Positions 28,571 to 37,350 of a stretch of 64,000 nt of DNA are shown here, one piece after another. How positions within the stretch are numbered: the stretch's first letter is position 1; each line of letters starts with the position of its first letter. The translations under genes were made by a program, and so were the position numbers. The notes below the pieces were generated by a model that had not been told where the DNA came from, did no database searches, and saw only the letters and a program-made list of their open reading frames with translations. Origin of the DNA: Thermoplasmata archaeon (lineage in GTDB: Archaea; Thermoplasmatota; Thermoplasmata; Lutacidiplasmatales; UBA184). The stretch is taken from positions 16,904-80,903 of the forward strand of contig JBKQMS010000031.1 of the NCBI GenBank assembly GCA_052326485.1, given 5' to 3'.

Positions 28571-28608
28571 CCGCCCTCAGCGATTGGCGCTCGAGCGGTC
28601 GGTGTGGG

Positions 28609-29178
28609 ATGCTAATCGACCTTCCTTCCTTCGCCGTAGGAGGGATAGTCGGGGGGGTCGCCGCGGCTATCGCGTGGGCGGTCTCTCGTTGGTTGCGGAA
28701 ACGCCAGGCGCCGGCGCCCGTCCCGGAGGCGAACGGACTCGGCATCCTCGGGGACCCCGAGACCAGCCTCGCATCACTCCCTCGTCCGCGGGTCGTGGGC
28801 GGACCGCCCGTGCCGGCGGCCATCTCGGTTTCCGCGGACCAGATCCGTCTGTCGGAACGCATCATCATCGCGCTGGCCCGGGAAGGGCGGCTCGGGGACG
28901 ACGCGCCCGCCCGGGTCGTGCGGACCCAGGCGGGTCTTGCCAGCACGCTGGAGTCCAACCAGAGCGCCGTCTCGAAAGTGCTCCGCCGTCTGGTCGCCGC
29001 TGAGCTGCTGACCGAGGAGCGACGGCACGTCCAAGGAGGCAGTCAGCGCCTGAAGGTATACGCCCTCACCCGGCGGGGGGAGCTGCTCGCCAGAGAGGTG
29101 GCCCGCCGGAGGGATCTCAGCTTACTGCCCGAACGAACGGGAGAGCGGAAAGAGCCCAGCTACCGCGCGAACCTGTGA
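28609..29178 (+). CDS. Membrane-anchored winged helix-turn-helix protein
   Basis: N-terminal TM (FAVGGIVGGVAAAIAWAV) followed by RWLRKR, Pro-rich linker, then RTQAGLASTLESNQSAVSKVLRRL...LKVYALTRRG (MarR-like wHTH). Confidence 0.75.
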   Translation: MLIDLPSFAVGGIVGGVAAAIAWAVSRWLRKRQAPAPVPEANGLGILGDPETSLASLPRPRVVGGPPVPAAISVSADQIRLSERIIIALAREGRLGDDAPARVVRTQAGLASTLESNQSAVSKVLRRLVAAELLTEERRHVQGGSQRLKVYALTRRGELLAREVARRRDLSLLPERTGERKEPSYRANL

Positions 29179-29229
29179 GGGTGCGGGCGAGAGGTCGGTG
29201 CGCCGTACGCCCCGGCCGTTCCCGCCGGT

Positions 29230-30447
29230 CTATTCCTCGACCCGTCCCGCGTCCGTTCGCCGAGGCGCTCGTCCTGTGTCGAGATGGCCGAAAAGGAGGG
29301 AGAGGAGCGCGCCGGCGAGCGTGACCGCGGCCACTACGAGGAACATGGAGCGAACCCCGTACACCGTGTACACGGAGCTGATGAGGACCGGGCCTACCAG
29401 GAGCCCGAGGTCCTCGAACGACCCGAACACCCCGATCGCGGTCCCCTGAAGCGGAAGCGGCACCGGCTCCAGGACCAACGGGAGGAGGCTCGCGGAAAGC
29501 CATCCGGTCCCGATCGCGAAGACGATCGTCGCACCGACCATCTCGGTGTACGAAGCCGAGAACAGGGTCCCGACCGCGCCAAGGGTCAGGAGCAAGAACC
29601 CCACCGGGACGGTGCGCCGCGGGCCGAGACGGTCGGTCGACGCTCCGAGAAGGAAGCCGGACAACAACGAGGTCGCACGGGCGGCCGCGATCACGTACCC
29701 CGAATCGGTCGTGGTCCCATGGAACGCGCTCACCGAGTAGATCTGCAGGAAGCTCGAGGTCAGGGTGTACGCCACGAAGGCTAGCACCACGAGGATGGCA
29801 ACGAGCACGAAGGGGGCGGTCAGCACCCGGCGGACCTGGAAGAACGAGCCGGGCTCGACGCGGGGGAGCCGGGTCTCGTGCCAAGGGAGCCCTGCCATCA
29901 GGCCGAGCCCGACCGCGTACGCCCCGATGACCAGGAACGTGAGCGACTGGAACCCGACCTCGACGTACAGGAGGGGGCCGAGGGCGGCTCCGACCATCAT
30001 TCCCCCGCCGAAGAACAGTCCGTAGCGTCCCGTTCCAGCGCCGCCCGTGCCGGGTCCTCCCGCGATCACGGCCATCCAGCGAAAGAGCGGGACCGGGAAG
30101 ATCGATAGGGCGCCGAGGACCCCGAGCGAGACCGTGAGCGTGAGGAAGGTGGTCGAAAAGGCGATCGCGACGTACGCGAGCGCGACCGCGATCCCCAAGC
30201 CCAGGATCGTCCGAAGGTTCCCGATCCGGAAGGCGAGCAGCCCCCAGACGCTCTCGGTCAGCAGCATCCCGAGAGCGAAGACCGCGAGGGCGATCCCGTA
30301 CTGGTCCAAGGAAAGGCCTAGCGATTGGAATCGGAACGGCAACGTGACGATCAGCAGCGAGTACGCGCCCCACACCACGGCGGTGGAAGCGTACACGACA
30401 CTGACGACGGTGGTGGGCCGGAAGCGCGGGGCCACGGACCCTCTCAC
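29230..30447 (-). CDS. MFS transporter
   Basis: About 12 hydrophobic segments; GASTDRLGPRR motif A; QGTAIG. Confidence 0.88.
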   Translation of the reverse strand: MRGSVAPRFRPTTVVSVVYASTAVVWGAYSLLIVTLPFRFQSLGLSLDQYGIALAVFALGMLLTESVWGLLAFRIGNLRTILGLGIAVALAYVAIAFSTTFLTLTVSLGVLGALSIFPVPLFRWMAVIAGGPGTGGAGTGRYGLFFGGGMMVGAALGPLLYVEVGFQSLTFLVIGAYAVGLGLMAGLPWHETRLPRVEPGSFFQVRRVLTAPFVLVAILVVLAFVAYTLTSSFLQIYSVSAFHGTTTDSGYVIAAARATSLLSGFLLGASTDRLGPRRTVPVGFLLLTLGAVGTLFSASYTEMVGATIVFAIGTGWLSASLLPLVLEPVPLPLQGTAIGVFGSFEDLGLLVGPVLISSVYTVYGVRSMFLVVAAVTLAGALLSLLFGHLDTGRAPRRTDAGRVEE

Positions 30448-30635
30448 GCGTCCTCCTTGCTAAGTCTTTGACGTAAATTCGGACACCGGCGGCCCAGCCC
30501 CCAAAGAGCCGCTCCTCCTCGGCGCCAGGGGTCGGTCCCGCGACCCCCAACCCTGTTCGCGCGGGGGGAAGTGGGCAGGGTCCGCCTCCCCAAGGGCCTA
30601 AGGGCAGTTCCGACGTGGGCCGGGCAGGCCTTCGG

Positions 30636-31643
30636 ATGGATCAAAAGCAGTACCGCGTGCGGCCCTTCGGTGACAGGGACTACGAAGCCTTGAGCCGCCT
30701 CCACACCCTCAGTAGCCCGGAATTCCCTTCGACCCCCGGGGAGGAGCGTTACTGGGACCAATCGCTGGCGGCTCCGCACCTCCTCAACGAAAAGTGGGTC
30801 GTCGAGGAGCGGCGGACCGGAACGGTGGTGGCGGTCTCTACGTTGAACCACTCACCGTTCTCGTACGACCCGAACAAGTTCTGGGTGGGGGTAATCGTCG
30901 ACCCCGACCACCGCCGGAACGGCATCGGGCGAGCCCTGGCCGACCTTCTCGAGTCGGAGGCCGTCGCCCACCGCGCGGCCTGTTTCTGGGCGGTCGTGCG
31001 GAAGGATGATGCCCGAAGCCTCGAGTTCGCCCGGAAGCAGGGGTTCGAGCAAGCGCGCACGACCTGGATGAGCCTCCTCGACCTCTCCGAGGTCAGCGTG
31101 CCCCCTCCCTCAGATCGTGTGGCCGCGCTGGAGCGCGAGGGGATCCGCATCACCACCCTAGACGAAGAGGGTCCCGCACGTCCCGAGGTCCGCCAGCGCA
31201 TCTTTGAACTCCTCACCGAGGCCGCTCGGGACGTCCCTCGGATGGGCGACTACACGCCGATCTCCTACGAGCAGTTCGTCCGGGAGCTGGAGGGTCCCGG
31301 CACGATGCCCGAGGCGTACTTCCTGGCCCGCTACGGAGAGGCCTACGTCGGGCTGAGCAACCTCGAACGGGACCTGTCCCAGGCGGACTCCCTGATCGTC
31401 GGGTTCACGGCCACCCGGGCAGCCTACCGGAACCGGGGCATCGCGTCGGAACTCAAACGGAAATCCATCGAATTCGCGCACCGTCGGGGGATCCGCTACC
31501 TGAGGACGTTCAACGACTCGTTGAACCAACCGATCTGGATCATCAACGAGAGAATGGGGTTCCGTCGCAAGGTAGAGTGGTCCGACCTCGAGCGGCGGTT
31601 CGCTCCCAAGGAGGCCACGTCCCTGCCGCCTACCATCCGATGA
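30636..31643 (+). CDS. Tandem-domain GNAT acetyltransferase
   Basis: Two acetyl-CoA motifs, VDPDHRRNGIGRAL and TRAAYRNRGIASELK; N...N.PI..INERMGF. Confidence 0.9.
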   Translation: MDQKQYRVRPFGDRDYEALSRLHTLSSPEFPSTPGEERYWDQSLAAPHLLNEKWVVEERRTGTVVAVSTLNHSPFSYDPNKFWVGVIVDPDHRRNGIGRALADLLESEAVAHRAACFWAVVRKDDARSLEFARKQGFEQARTTWMSLLDLSEVSVPPPSDRVAALEREGIRITTLDEEGPARPEVRQRIFELLTEAARDVPRMGDYTPISYEQFVRELEGPGTMPEAYFLARYGEAYVGLSNLERDLSQADSLIVGFTATRAAYRNRGIASELKRKSIEFAHRRGIRYLRTFNDSLNQPIWIINERMGFRRKVEWSDLERRFAPKEATSLPPTIR

Positions 31644-31695
31644 TGTCGGAAGGAACCGCTACCGCGCACGCTCCGTGGTCGGCCGCGCCGACCCT

Positions 31696-31714
31696 CGAAA
31701 ACCCTTTTAAAGGG
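31696..31714 (+). promoter_or_regulatory. BRE/TATA promoter of nitroreductase-rdgB within palindrome CCCTTT-T-AAAGGG
   Basis: CGAAAA followed by TTTTAAA; perfect inverted repeat at 31702-31714. Confidence 0.6.
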
Positions 31715-31806
31715 GACTCACCTCGTAGGATTGAATGCCTTGCTTTCCGTCGGGGGCGTAGACCTCCTTTGACCTTCAGAGCCTGATTCGTTTTCGGTCA
31801 ACCGAC

Positions 31807-32343
31807 ATGGACGTCCTAGACGCAATTCGCTCCTTCCGACCCTGCACTCAGTACAACCCCCGCCCGGTGCCGCCGGAGAAGTTGAAGGCGGTCCTCGCGG
31901 CCGCCCGGCTGGCTCCGAGCCAGCAGAACCTCCAGCCGTGGCGCTTCGTGGTCGTCCAGGACGACGAGCGGAAGCGCCTCCTGGCGCAGGCCTCGAACCG
32001 AGGGAAGCTGATCGCGGAGGCGCCCGCGGTCATTGTCGCGTTCGCTGTCGAAGAGGACATCCCCATCACGATCGGCGGCTACATCTCGGCCTATCCGCTC
32101 GACGTGGCGGTGGCGGTCGCCCACCTGCAGATCGCCGCGACGGCGGAGGGTCTCGGGACCAACTGGATCATCGAGTTCAACGACGAGAAGATCCGCTCGG
32201 TTCTCCGGGTTCCCGAGGGGATCCATCCTATCGCGGTCATCCCGATCGGGTTCCCCCTCGAAGGCAACGGCGCCGCGCGGGCGAACGGGGACGGGCGAAA
32301 GAGCCCCGACGAGATCATCGCCTACAACGAGTATCCCTGGTAG
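31807..32343 (+). CDS. Nitroreductase family protein
   Basis: AARLAPSQQNLQPWRFVVV, AATAEGLGTNWI, IPIGFP, RKS. Confidence 0.92.
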   Translation: MDVLDAIRSFRPCTQYNPRPVPPEKLKAVLAAARLAPSQQNLQPWRFVVVQDDERKRLLAQASNRGKLIAEAPAVIVAFAVEEDIPITIGGYISAYPLDVAVAVAHLQIAATAEGLGTNWIIEFNDEKIRSVLRVPEGIHPIAVIPIGFPLEGNGAARANGDGRKSPDEIIAYNEYPW

Positions 32344-32345
32344 GC

Positions 32346-32900
32346 GTGACCGACGTAACCTTCGTCACCACCAACTCCGGGAAGTTCCGGGAGGTCCGCG
32401 AGCTCCTCGCTCCATACGGGATCCGTGTCCGTTGGCGTCGTCGGACCCTCCCCGAGCCCCAGGCCGATACGCTCGAAGAAGTGGTCGCCTCGAAGCTCGC
32501 GGCCGTGCGGGACCTCACTGGATTTGTCCTGGTCGAGGACTCCGGCCTGTTCATTCCTTCCCTCAAGGGATTCCCCGGCGTCTACTCGGCCCACATTCTG
32601 AAAACCTGGGGGTTCGGGCCCCTCCTCGAACTGCTCGAGAGCCGGGACCGAAGCGCCTTCTTCCGGACCGTGGCGGGTCTTGAGCGAGGTCGCCGCCGGT
32701 GGACGTTCGTGGGCGAGGTGCACGGGCGCATCTCCGAGCGACCCCGAGGCCGCCAGGGGTTCGGTTTTGACCCGATCTTCATTCCCGAGGGGAGCTTCCG
32801 GACGTTCGGCGAGACTCCCGCCGAGGAGAAGAACGAGATGTCGCACCGCGCCCGAGCGCTCCGGCAGGTCGGGGAACTCCTCCGCGCGCGGGCTCGCTGA
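32346..32900 (+). CDS. rdgB: Non-canonical purine NTP pyrophosphatase (Ham1/RdgB)
   Basis: FVTTNSGKFRE, VEDSGL, GFPGVYS, GFGFDPIF, KNEMSHRARA; GTG start 2 nt after the upstream stop. Confidence 0.93.
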   Translation: MTDVTFVTTNSGKFREVRELLAPYGIRVRWRRRTLPEPQADTLEEVVASKLAAVRDLTGFVLVEDSGLFIPSLKGFPGVYSAHILKTWGFGPLLELLESRDRSAFFRTVAGLERGRRRWTFVGEVHGRISERPRGRQGFGFDPIFIPEGSFRTFGETPAEEKNEMSHRARALRQVGELLRARAR

Positions 32901-32958
32901 AGCGACCCCGAAGCCCTCGGTCGGCGACCGAGCCTATCTACCGAACCAGAAACGTTCA

Positions 32959-32982
32959 GGTCCCCGGGAAGACCCGGGGACC
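32959..32982. terminator. Perfect 10-bp hairpin between convergent rdgB and thermosome genes
   Basis: GGTCCCCGGG-AAGA-CCCGGGGACC. Confidence 0.45.
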
Positions 32983-33015
32983 GGGAGAAAGGGTTCGTCC
33001 GAGGGGAGGGCGGGT

Positions 33016-34683
33016 TCAGTCTTCCCCGAAACCGCCGCCGCCCATCCCGCCCATGCCGCCCATGCCGCCACCAGGGCCGCCGGGGCCTCCGGAGGGGGGC
33101 GGGCTCGACTTGGACGCGATGACGTCATCAATCCGCAGGATCATCACCGCGGCGTCGGTCGCGCTCTCGATCGCCTGGCGCCCGACCCGGATCGGCTCGA
33201 TGACGTGGAGTTCCCCCATGTCAACGGTCTTGCCGGTGGTGAGGTTGACGCCGGCCCGCTGCTGGCCTCCCTTGTGGGCCTTGCGGAGCTCGATCAGCAT
33301 GTCGATCGGGTCGAGCCCGGCGTTCTCGGCGAGGGTCCGCGGGATCGTCTCGAGCGCATCGGCGAAGCTCTCGAACGCGATCTGCTCGCGGCCACCGATC
33401 TTCGCGGCGTGGTCGCGCAGCCGCATGGCGAGCTCCTCGGCCGTCGCTCCGCCGCCGAAGACGTACCGTCCGTCCTCGACCGCGACGGCGACCACGTTGA
33501 GCGCGTCGTCCAGGGACCGCTCGATCTCATCGATGACGTGCTCGGTGCCTCCGCGGATCAGGATGGAGACGGCCTTCGCCTTCTTCGCACCCGTGACGAA
33601 CGTGAGCGAGTCCTCGCCGATCTTGCGTTCCTCGACCAGGCCTGCGTGCCCGACGTCCTCGGGGGTGAGCTCGCTGACCTTCGAGACGATGTTCGCCCCG
33701 GTCGCCTTCGCGAGCTTCTCCATGTCGGACTTCTTCACGCGGCGGACGGCATAGATGCCCTCCTTCGCGAGGAGGTGCTGGGCGAGGTCGTCGATCCCCT
33801 TCTGGCAGAGCGCGACGTTCGCGCCGGACTTCTTCACCTGCTCGACCATCCGGCGGAGCATGTTCTCCTCCTCCTGGAGGAACGCGTTCAGCTGCGAGGG
33901 GTCGTTGATCTCGATCTTCGCGTCGATCTCGGTCTTCTTGATCTCGATCGCGGCGTCGAGGAGCGCGATCTTCGGGTTCTCGACCCGGGTCGGCATCCCC
34001 GAGTGGACCTTCTCCTTGTCGACGATGACGCCCTCGATGAGCTGGGTGTCCGACATCGAGCCGCCCTGCTTCTTGATGAGCTGGATGTTGTCGAGGTCGA
34101 CGTCGTAGCCGCCGCCGCCCTTCGGCTGGGCCACGGCCGTCACGGCCTTCACCGCGATCTCGCCCATGTGGTCGCGGTCGAACGAGACCGACTTCGAGGC
34201 CATCGACGTCACGGCGATACGGGTGAGCAGGTCGTGGTCGTTGATCGTCACCGGCTGGCTGACTTCCTGGAGGACCTCGAGGGCCTTCTGGGACGCCAGG
34301 CGGAACCCCTGCGAGATGATCGTGGGGTGGATGTTCTGCTCGATGAGGCCCTCGGCCCGCTTCAGTAGCTCGCCGGCGAGAACGACCGCGGTGGTCGTAC
34401 CGTCCCCGGCTTCCTGGTCCTGGGTCTTCGCGACCTCGACCAGCATCTTCGCGGCCGGGTGGTCGACGTCCATCTCCTTGAGGATCGTGACCCCGTCGTT
34501 CGTGACGACGACGTCTCCCATCGAATCGACCAGCATCTTGTCGAGTCCCCGCGGTCCGAGCGTCGAGCGCACGGCGTCCGCGATCGCCTTGGCGGCGGCA
34601 ATGTTGTTCCCGAGCGCGCTTCGGCCCTTCTCTCGCTTCGTCCCTTCCCTGAGCACCAGGATCGGTGTCTGTCCGGTTAACAT
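33016..34683 (-). CDS. Thermosome (group II chaperonin) subunit
   Basis: [41 protein letters not shown]-repeat tail. Confidence 0.97.
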   Translation of the reverse strand: MLTGQTPILVLREGTKREKGRSALGNNIAAAKAIADAVRSTLGPRGLDKMLVDSMGDVVVTNDGVTILKEMDVDHPAAKMLVEVAKTQDQEAGDGTTTAVVLAGELLKRAEGLIEQNIHPTIISQGFRLASQKALEVLQEVSQPVTINDHDLLTRIAVTSMASKSVSFDRDHMGEIAVKAVTAVAQPKGGGGYDVDLDNIQLIKKQGGSMSDTQLIEGVIVDKEKVHSGMPTRVENPKIALLDAAIEIKKTEIDAKIEINDPSQLNAFLQEEENMLRRMVEQVKKSGANVALCQKGIDDLAQHLLAKEGIYAVRRVKKSDMEKLAKATGANIVSKVSELTPEDVGHAGLVEERKIGEDSLTFVTGAKKAKAVSILIRGGTEHVIDEIERSLDDALNVVAVAVEDGRYVFGGGATAEELAMRLRDHAAKIGGREQIAFESFADALETIPRTLAENAGLDPIDMLIELRKAHKGGQQRAGVNLTTGKTVDMGELHVIEPIRVGRQAIESATDAAVMILRIDDVIASKSSPPPSGGPGGPGGGMGGMGGMGGGGFGED

Positions 34684-34734
34684 CGTTCTTCCCTCCGAGA
34701 TTACTCTCGGTTGTCGGGTTTGGTAGAAAAGCGG

Positions 34735-34749
34735 TTGTATTTAAAACAA
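34735..34749 (-). promoter_or_regulatory. TATA box (TTTAAATA) of thermosome flanked by a TTGT/ACAA inverted repeat
   Basis: Consensus TATA about 55 nt upstream of the ATG. Confidence 0.6.
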
Positions 34750-34837
34750 TCCGTATCGTTCGACGGCGCGCCGGGGCGCTATTCTCCAACGAGCCGCGCC
34801 CTTATGCGGACTTCACCGCTCTGGCCTCGAATCGGTT

Positions 34838-36163
34838 ATGGAGGAGCGACGGTCGCCGCGCGGCCCTTACACGCGGCTGCTCGCCAACTCGGCCTACGCG
34901 CGGGTGTTCTCCGCGGGTCTCGGGTCGACCCTGGGCTCGGCCATCGCGGCGATCTGTCTCGTGTGGATCGTGTTCAGCGCGACCGGGTCCCCGCTCGACG
35001 TGGCGCTCCTCGGAACGGCGTGGCTCGTCGCCGGGATCCTGTTCAGCGTCTTCGGCGGGACCCTCGTGGACCGGTACGACCGCCGGCGGCTGATGATCGT
35101 CGCCGACATCGCGCGAGCGCTCGCGATGGGCGCGGTCGTGGTCGTCCTCGAGCTCCACGGCTTCGAGCTCCTCACCATCCTCGGCGCCTACTTCGTGGTC
35201 GGCGCCTTCACGACGGTCTTCAATCCGGCCGAGCAGGCGATCATCCCGTCGTTGGTGGACTCCCCGCTCGTCGCGGACGCCAACGGCCTCGTGCGGTCGA
35301 GCCGCTCCGCCGCCCAGTTCGTGGGAGCCTCGCTCGGGGGGGTACTGATCGTGAGCCTCGGTCCCGTCACCGGGGTCGCCGCGAACGCCGCCACGTTCGC
35401 CGTATCGGCGTTCCTCCTGTTCGGCATGACCGCCCGTCCGGCGGCCGGGCTCGGGCAACGCACGAAGCCGAGCTACTTCGCGGACGTGCGCGAAGGGTTC
35501 CGGTGGCTCCTCCGGGCGCGCGGGTTCTTCCAGCTGACGCTCTCGGCGACGTTCTTCAACTTCTGTGCGGGCCTCGTCGGCACGTTCATCGTGGTCTTCG
35601 CGACGATCCTCCTGCACGGCTCCGCGCTCGTCTTCGCCCTCCTCCTCGCGCTCGAGGTCGCGGGAACGGGCCTCGGTTCGCTCCTCGTCAGCCGCACGGG
35701 CGGCGTCCGCCGGGCCGGACGGTCGTGGACCATCGGGGCCGGCGTGGCCTCGGGAGGAGCGGCCGTCGTCCTCGCGCTGTTCCCATCCGTGCCGGTCGCC
35801 TCGGCATGCCTCTTCCTGATGGGGCTGTTCGGAGGATTCGCGGGGACGGCGTGGCTGACCGCGGCCCAGCTCCTCGTGCCGACCGAAATGCAGGGTCGCT
35901 ACTTCGGGATCGATGCCCTCGGCAGCATCGCCATCATCCCCGCGGCCCAGATCGGTGGGGCTCTCCTGATCCAGGCGTACGGGGTCCAGTGGACCTACCT
36001 TGGGACCGGCATCCTCTGGGTGATCGTCGGGATAGCCTTCCTGTTCCCGAGGGCCCTCGCGACCCTCGGATATCCGCCGACCGGGACCCCGCCGGTCACT
36101 CGCCAAAGCGACGGCGGCGCATCTGGTACGAGCGGATCACCCGAAGGAAGTCGATCCGCGTGA
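34838..36163 (+). CDS. MFS transporter (DHA3/macrolide-efflux-like)
   Basis: GGTLVDRYDRRRLMIVADIAR, FNPAEQAIIPSLV, VPTEMQGRYFG. Confidence 0.9.
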   Translation: MEERRSPRGPYTRLLANSAYARVFSAGLGSTLGSAIAAICLVWIVFSATGSPLDVALLGTAWLVAGILFSVFGGTLVDRYDRRRLMIVADIARALAMGAVVVVLELHGFELLTILGAYFVVGAFTTVFNPAEQAIIPSLVDSPLVADANGLVRSSRSAAQFVGASLGGVLIVSLGPVTGVAANAATFAVSAFLLFGMTARPAAGLGQRTKPSYFADVREGFRWLLRARGFFQLTLSATFFNFCAGLVGTFIVVFATILLHGSALVFALLLALEVAGTGLGSLLVSRTGGVRRAGRSWTIGAGVASGGAAVVLALFPSVPVASACLFLMGLFGGFAGTAWLTAAQLLVPTEMQGRYFGIDALGSIAIIPAAQIGGALLIQAYGVQWTYLGTGILWVIVGIAFLFPRALATLGYPPTGTPPVTRQSDGGASGTSGSPEGSRSA

Positions 36164-36911
36164 GACCGGGCCAGAGCACGTCCGAGAAGTAGAGCTCGCT
36201 ATAGGCGGCCTGCCAGAGGAGGAAGTTCGAGATCCGCTCCTCCCCGCTCGTCCGGAAGATCAGGTCCGGGTCGGGAAGGTCCGCGGTGTACAGGTGGCGG
36301 GAGACCGCCTCGGAATCGATCTGTTCCGGGGTGAGGCGGCCGTCCCGGACCTCTCGGGCCAGGGCCCGGATCGCCTCCACGATCTCGTCGCGGCCTCCGT
36401 AGGCCAGGGCCACGTTGAACCGGTAGCGCGTGTACTTCTCCGTCGCCTTCTCGGCGACGTCGATCGCTTCCTGCACCCGCGTGGGGAGAAGGGATCGGTT
36501 CCCGATCACCCGGACCCGGATCTGGTGGCGGTGCACGCGCTCGTCGACCGCGATGTCCCGGAGCGCGCGGTCGTAGAGGTCCATGAGCGTTTGAAGCTCC
36601 TCCGGGGACCTAGAGAAGTTCTCGGTGGAGAGGGCGTAGATGGTGAGGATGTTGATGCCGACATCGAGGCACCAGTCGAGCAGCTGCTCCACCGTCTCGC
36701 GCCCTTTCGCGTGGCCCTTCGAGATGTCCAGGCCTTGGGCGACGGCGAACCGACGGTTCCCGTCCATGATGATGGCCAGGTGGTTGGGGACGGGCTCCGA
36801 GCGCACGAGCTCGAGGAGGCGCTTCTCGGTCAGGTCCCGGAGCGCGTCGCTGACCGCATGGGAGAGGTACGGGGAAGCGTGGTCGCGCTTCGGGCGGTCG
36901 GGGTCGGCCAC
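36096..36911 (-). CDS. uppS: cis-prenyltransferase (polyprenyl diphosphate synthase)
   Basis: HLAIIMDGNRRFA, YALSTENFSR, AYGGRDEI, DPDLIFRTSGEERISNFLLWQ, RRRRFG. Confidence 0.96.
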   Translation of the reverse strand: MADPDRPKRDHASPYLSHAVSDALRDLTEKRLLELVRSEPVPNHLAIIMDGNRRFAVAQGLDISKGHAKGRETVEQLLDWCLDVGINILTIYALSTENFSRSPEELQTLMDLYDRALRDIAVDERVHRHQIRVRVIGNRSLLPTRVQEAIDVAEKATEKYTRYRFNVALAYGGRDEIVEAIRALAREVRDGRLTPEQIDSEAVSRHLYTADLPDPDLIFRTSGEERISNFLLWQAAYSELYFSDVLWPGLTRIDFLRVIRSYQMRRRRFGE

Positions 36912-36997
36912 GCGCCCGCGAGACCGCGACGGAGGATAAGGGGGCGGGCGCCCGGGGGCGAAAGGCCCCGGGCCCGTGGTCGGCCCGGGGCGGGGAG

Positions 36998-37103
36998 CGC
37001 CCTGGTCGGGAGTTCCGGTCCGGGGGTGTCGGACCCCCGGCTCCTTCGAACCCGAGTCGCAGGCTCGACAGACCTACATCCTAGACCACTAGACTACCAG
37101 GGC
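36998..37103 (-). tRNA. tRNA-Asp(GUC) with 33-nt intron in the T-loop at 59/60 (exons 37045-37103 and 36998-37011)
   Basis: Acceptor GCCCTGG/CCAGGGC+G; D arm GTCT-AGTGGTCTA-GGAT; anticodon arm TAGGT-CT-GTC-GA-GCCTG; T stem TCGGG/CCCGA. Removing 37012-37044 restores TTCGAAT and a 73-nt tRNA. CCA not encoded. Confidence 0.92.
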
Positions 37104-37350
37104 AACCCCGATGCGCTAACCGTTCCCTGCTATGAATGTTACTCGCGGTCCCGCCCCCTCGGGTCGCCCAGGCCCTTTCGGACCCCGGAAGGCCCGTCGG
37201 CCCCCGATCCTCGCGCCCGCCCCGGCGGGCGTGCGCGCGCGCGTTCGCACGGCGAGGACCGGCCCTGCGGGCCGACCTCCCTTGCGAGTCCAGAATCTCG
37301 TTTATGTAGCGAGCGCTCCCATTTCCCCGTCTACCGACGAGGGGACGACG

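Noticed and set aside
33040..33075. GGM repeats at the thermosome C-terminus
   Set aside because: A well-known chaperonin tail.
36998..37103. Alternative BHB register for tRNA-Asp using GTTC/GAAC as the central helix
   Set aside because: Cleavage in that register would leave a truncated T arm; the TTCG/CGGA register restores the canonical 7-nt loop.
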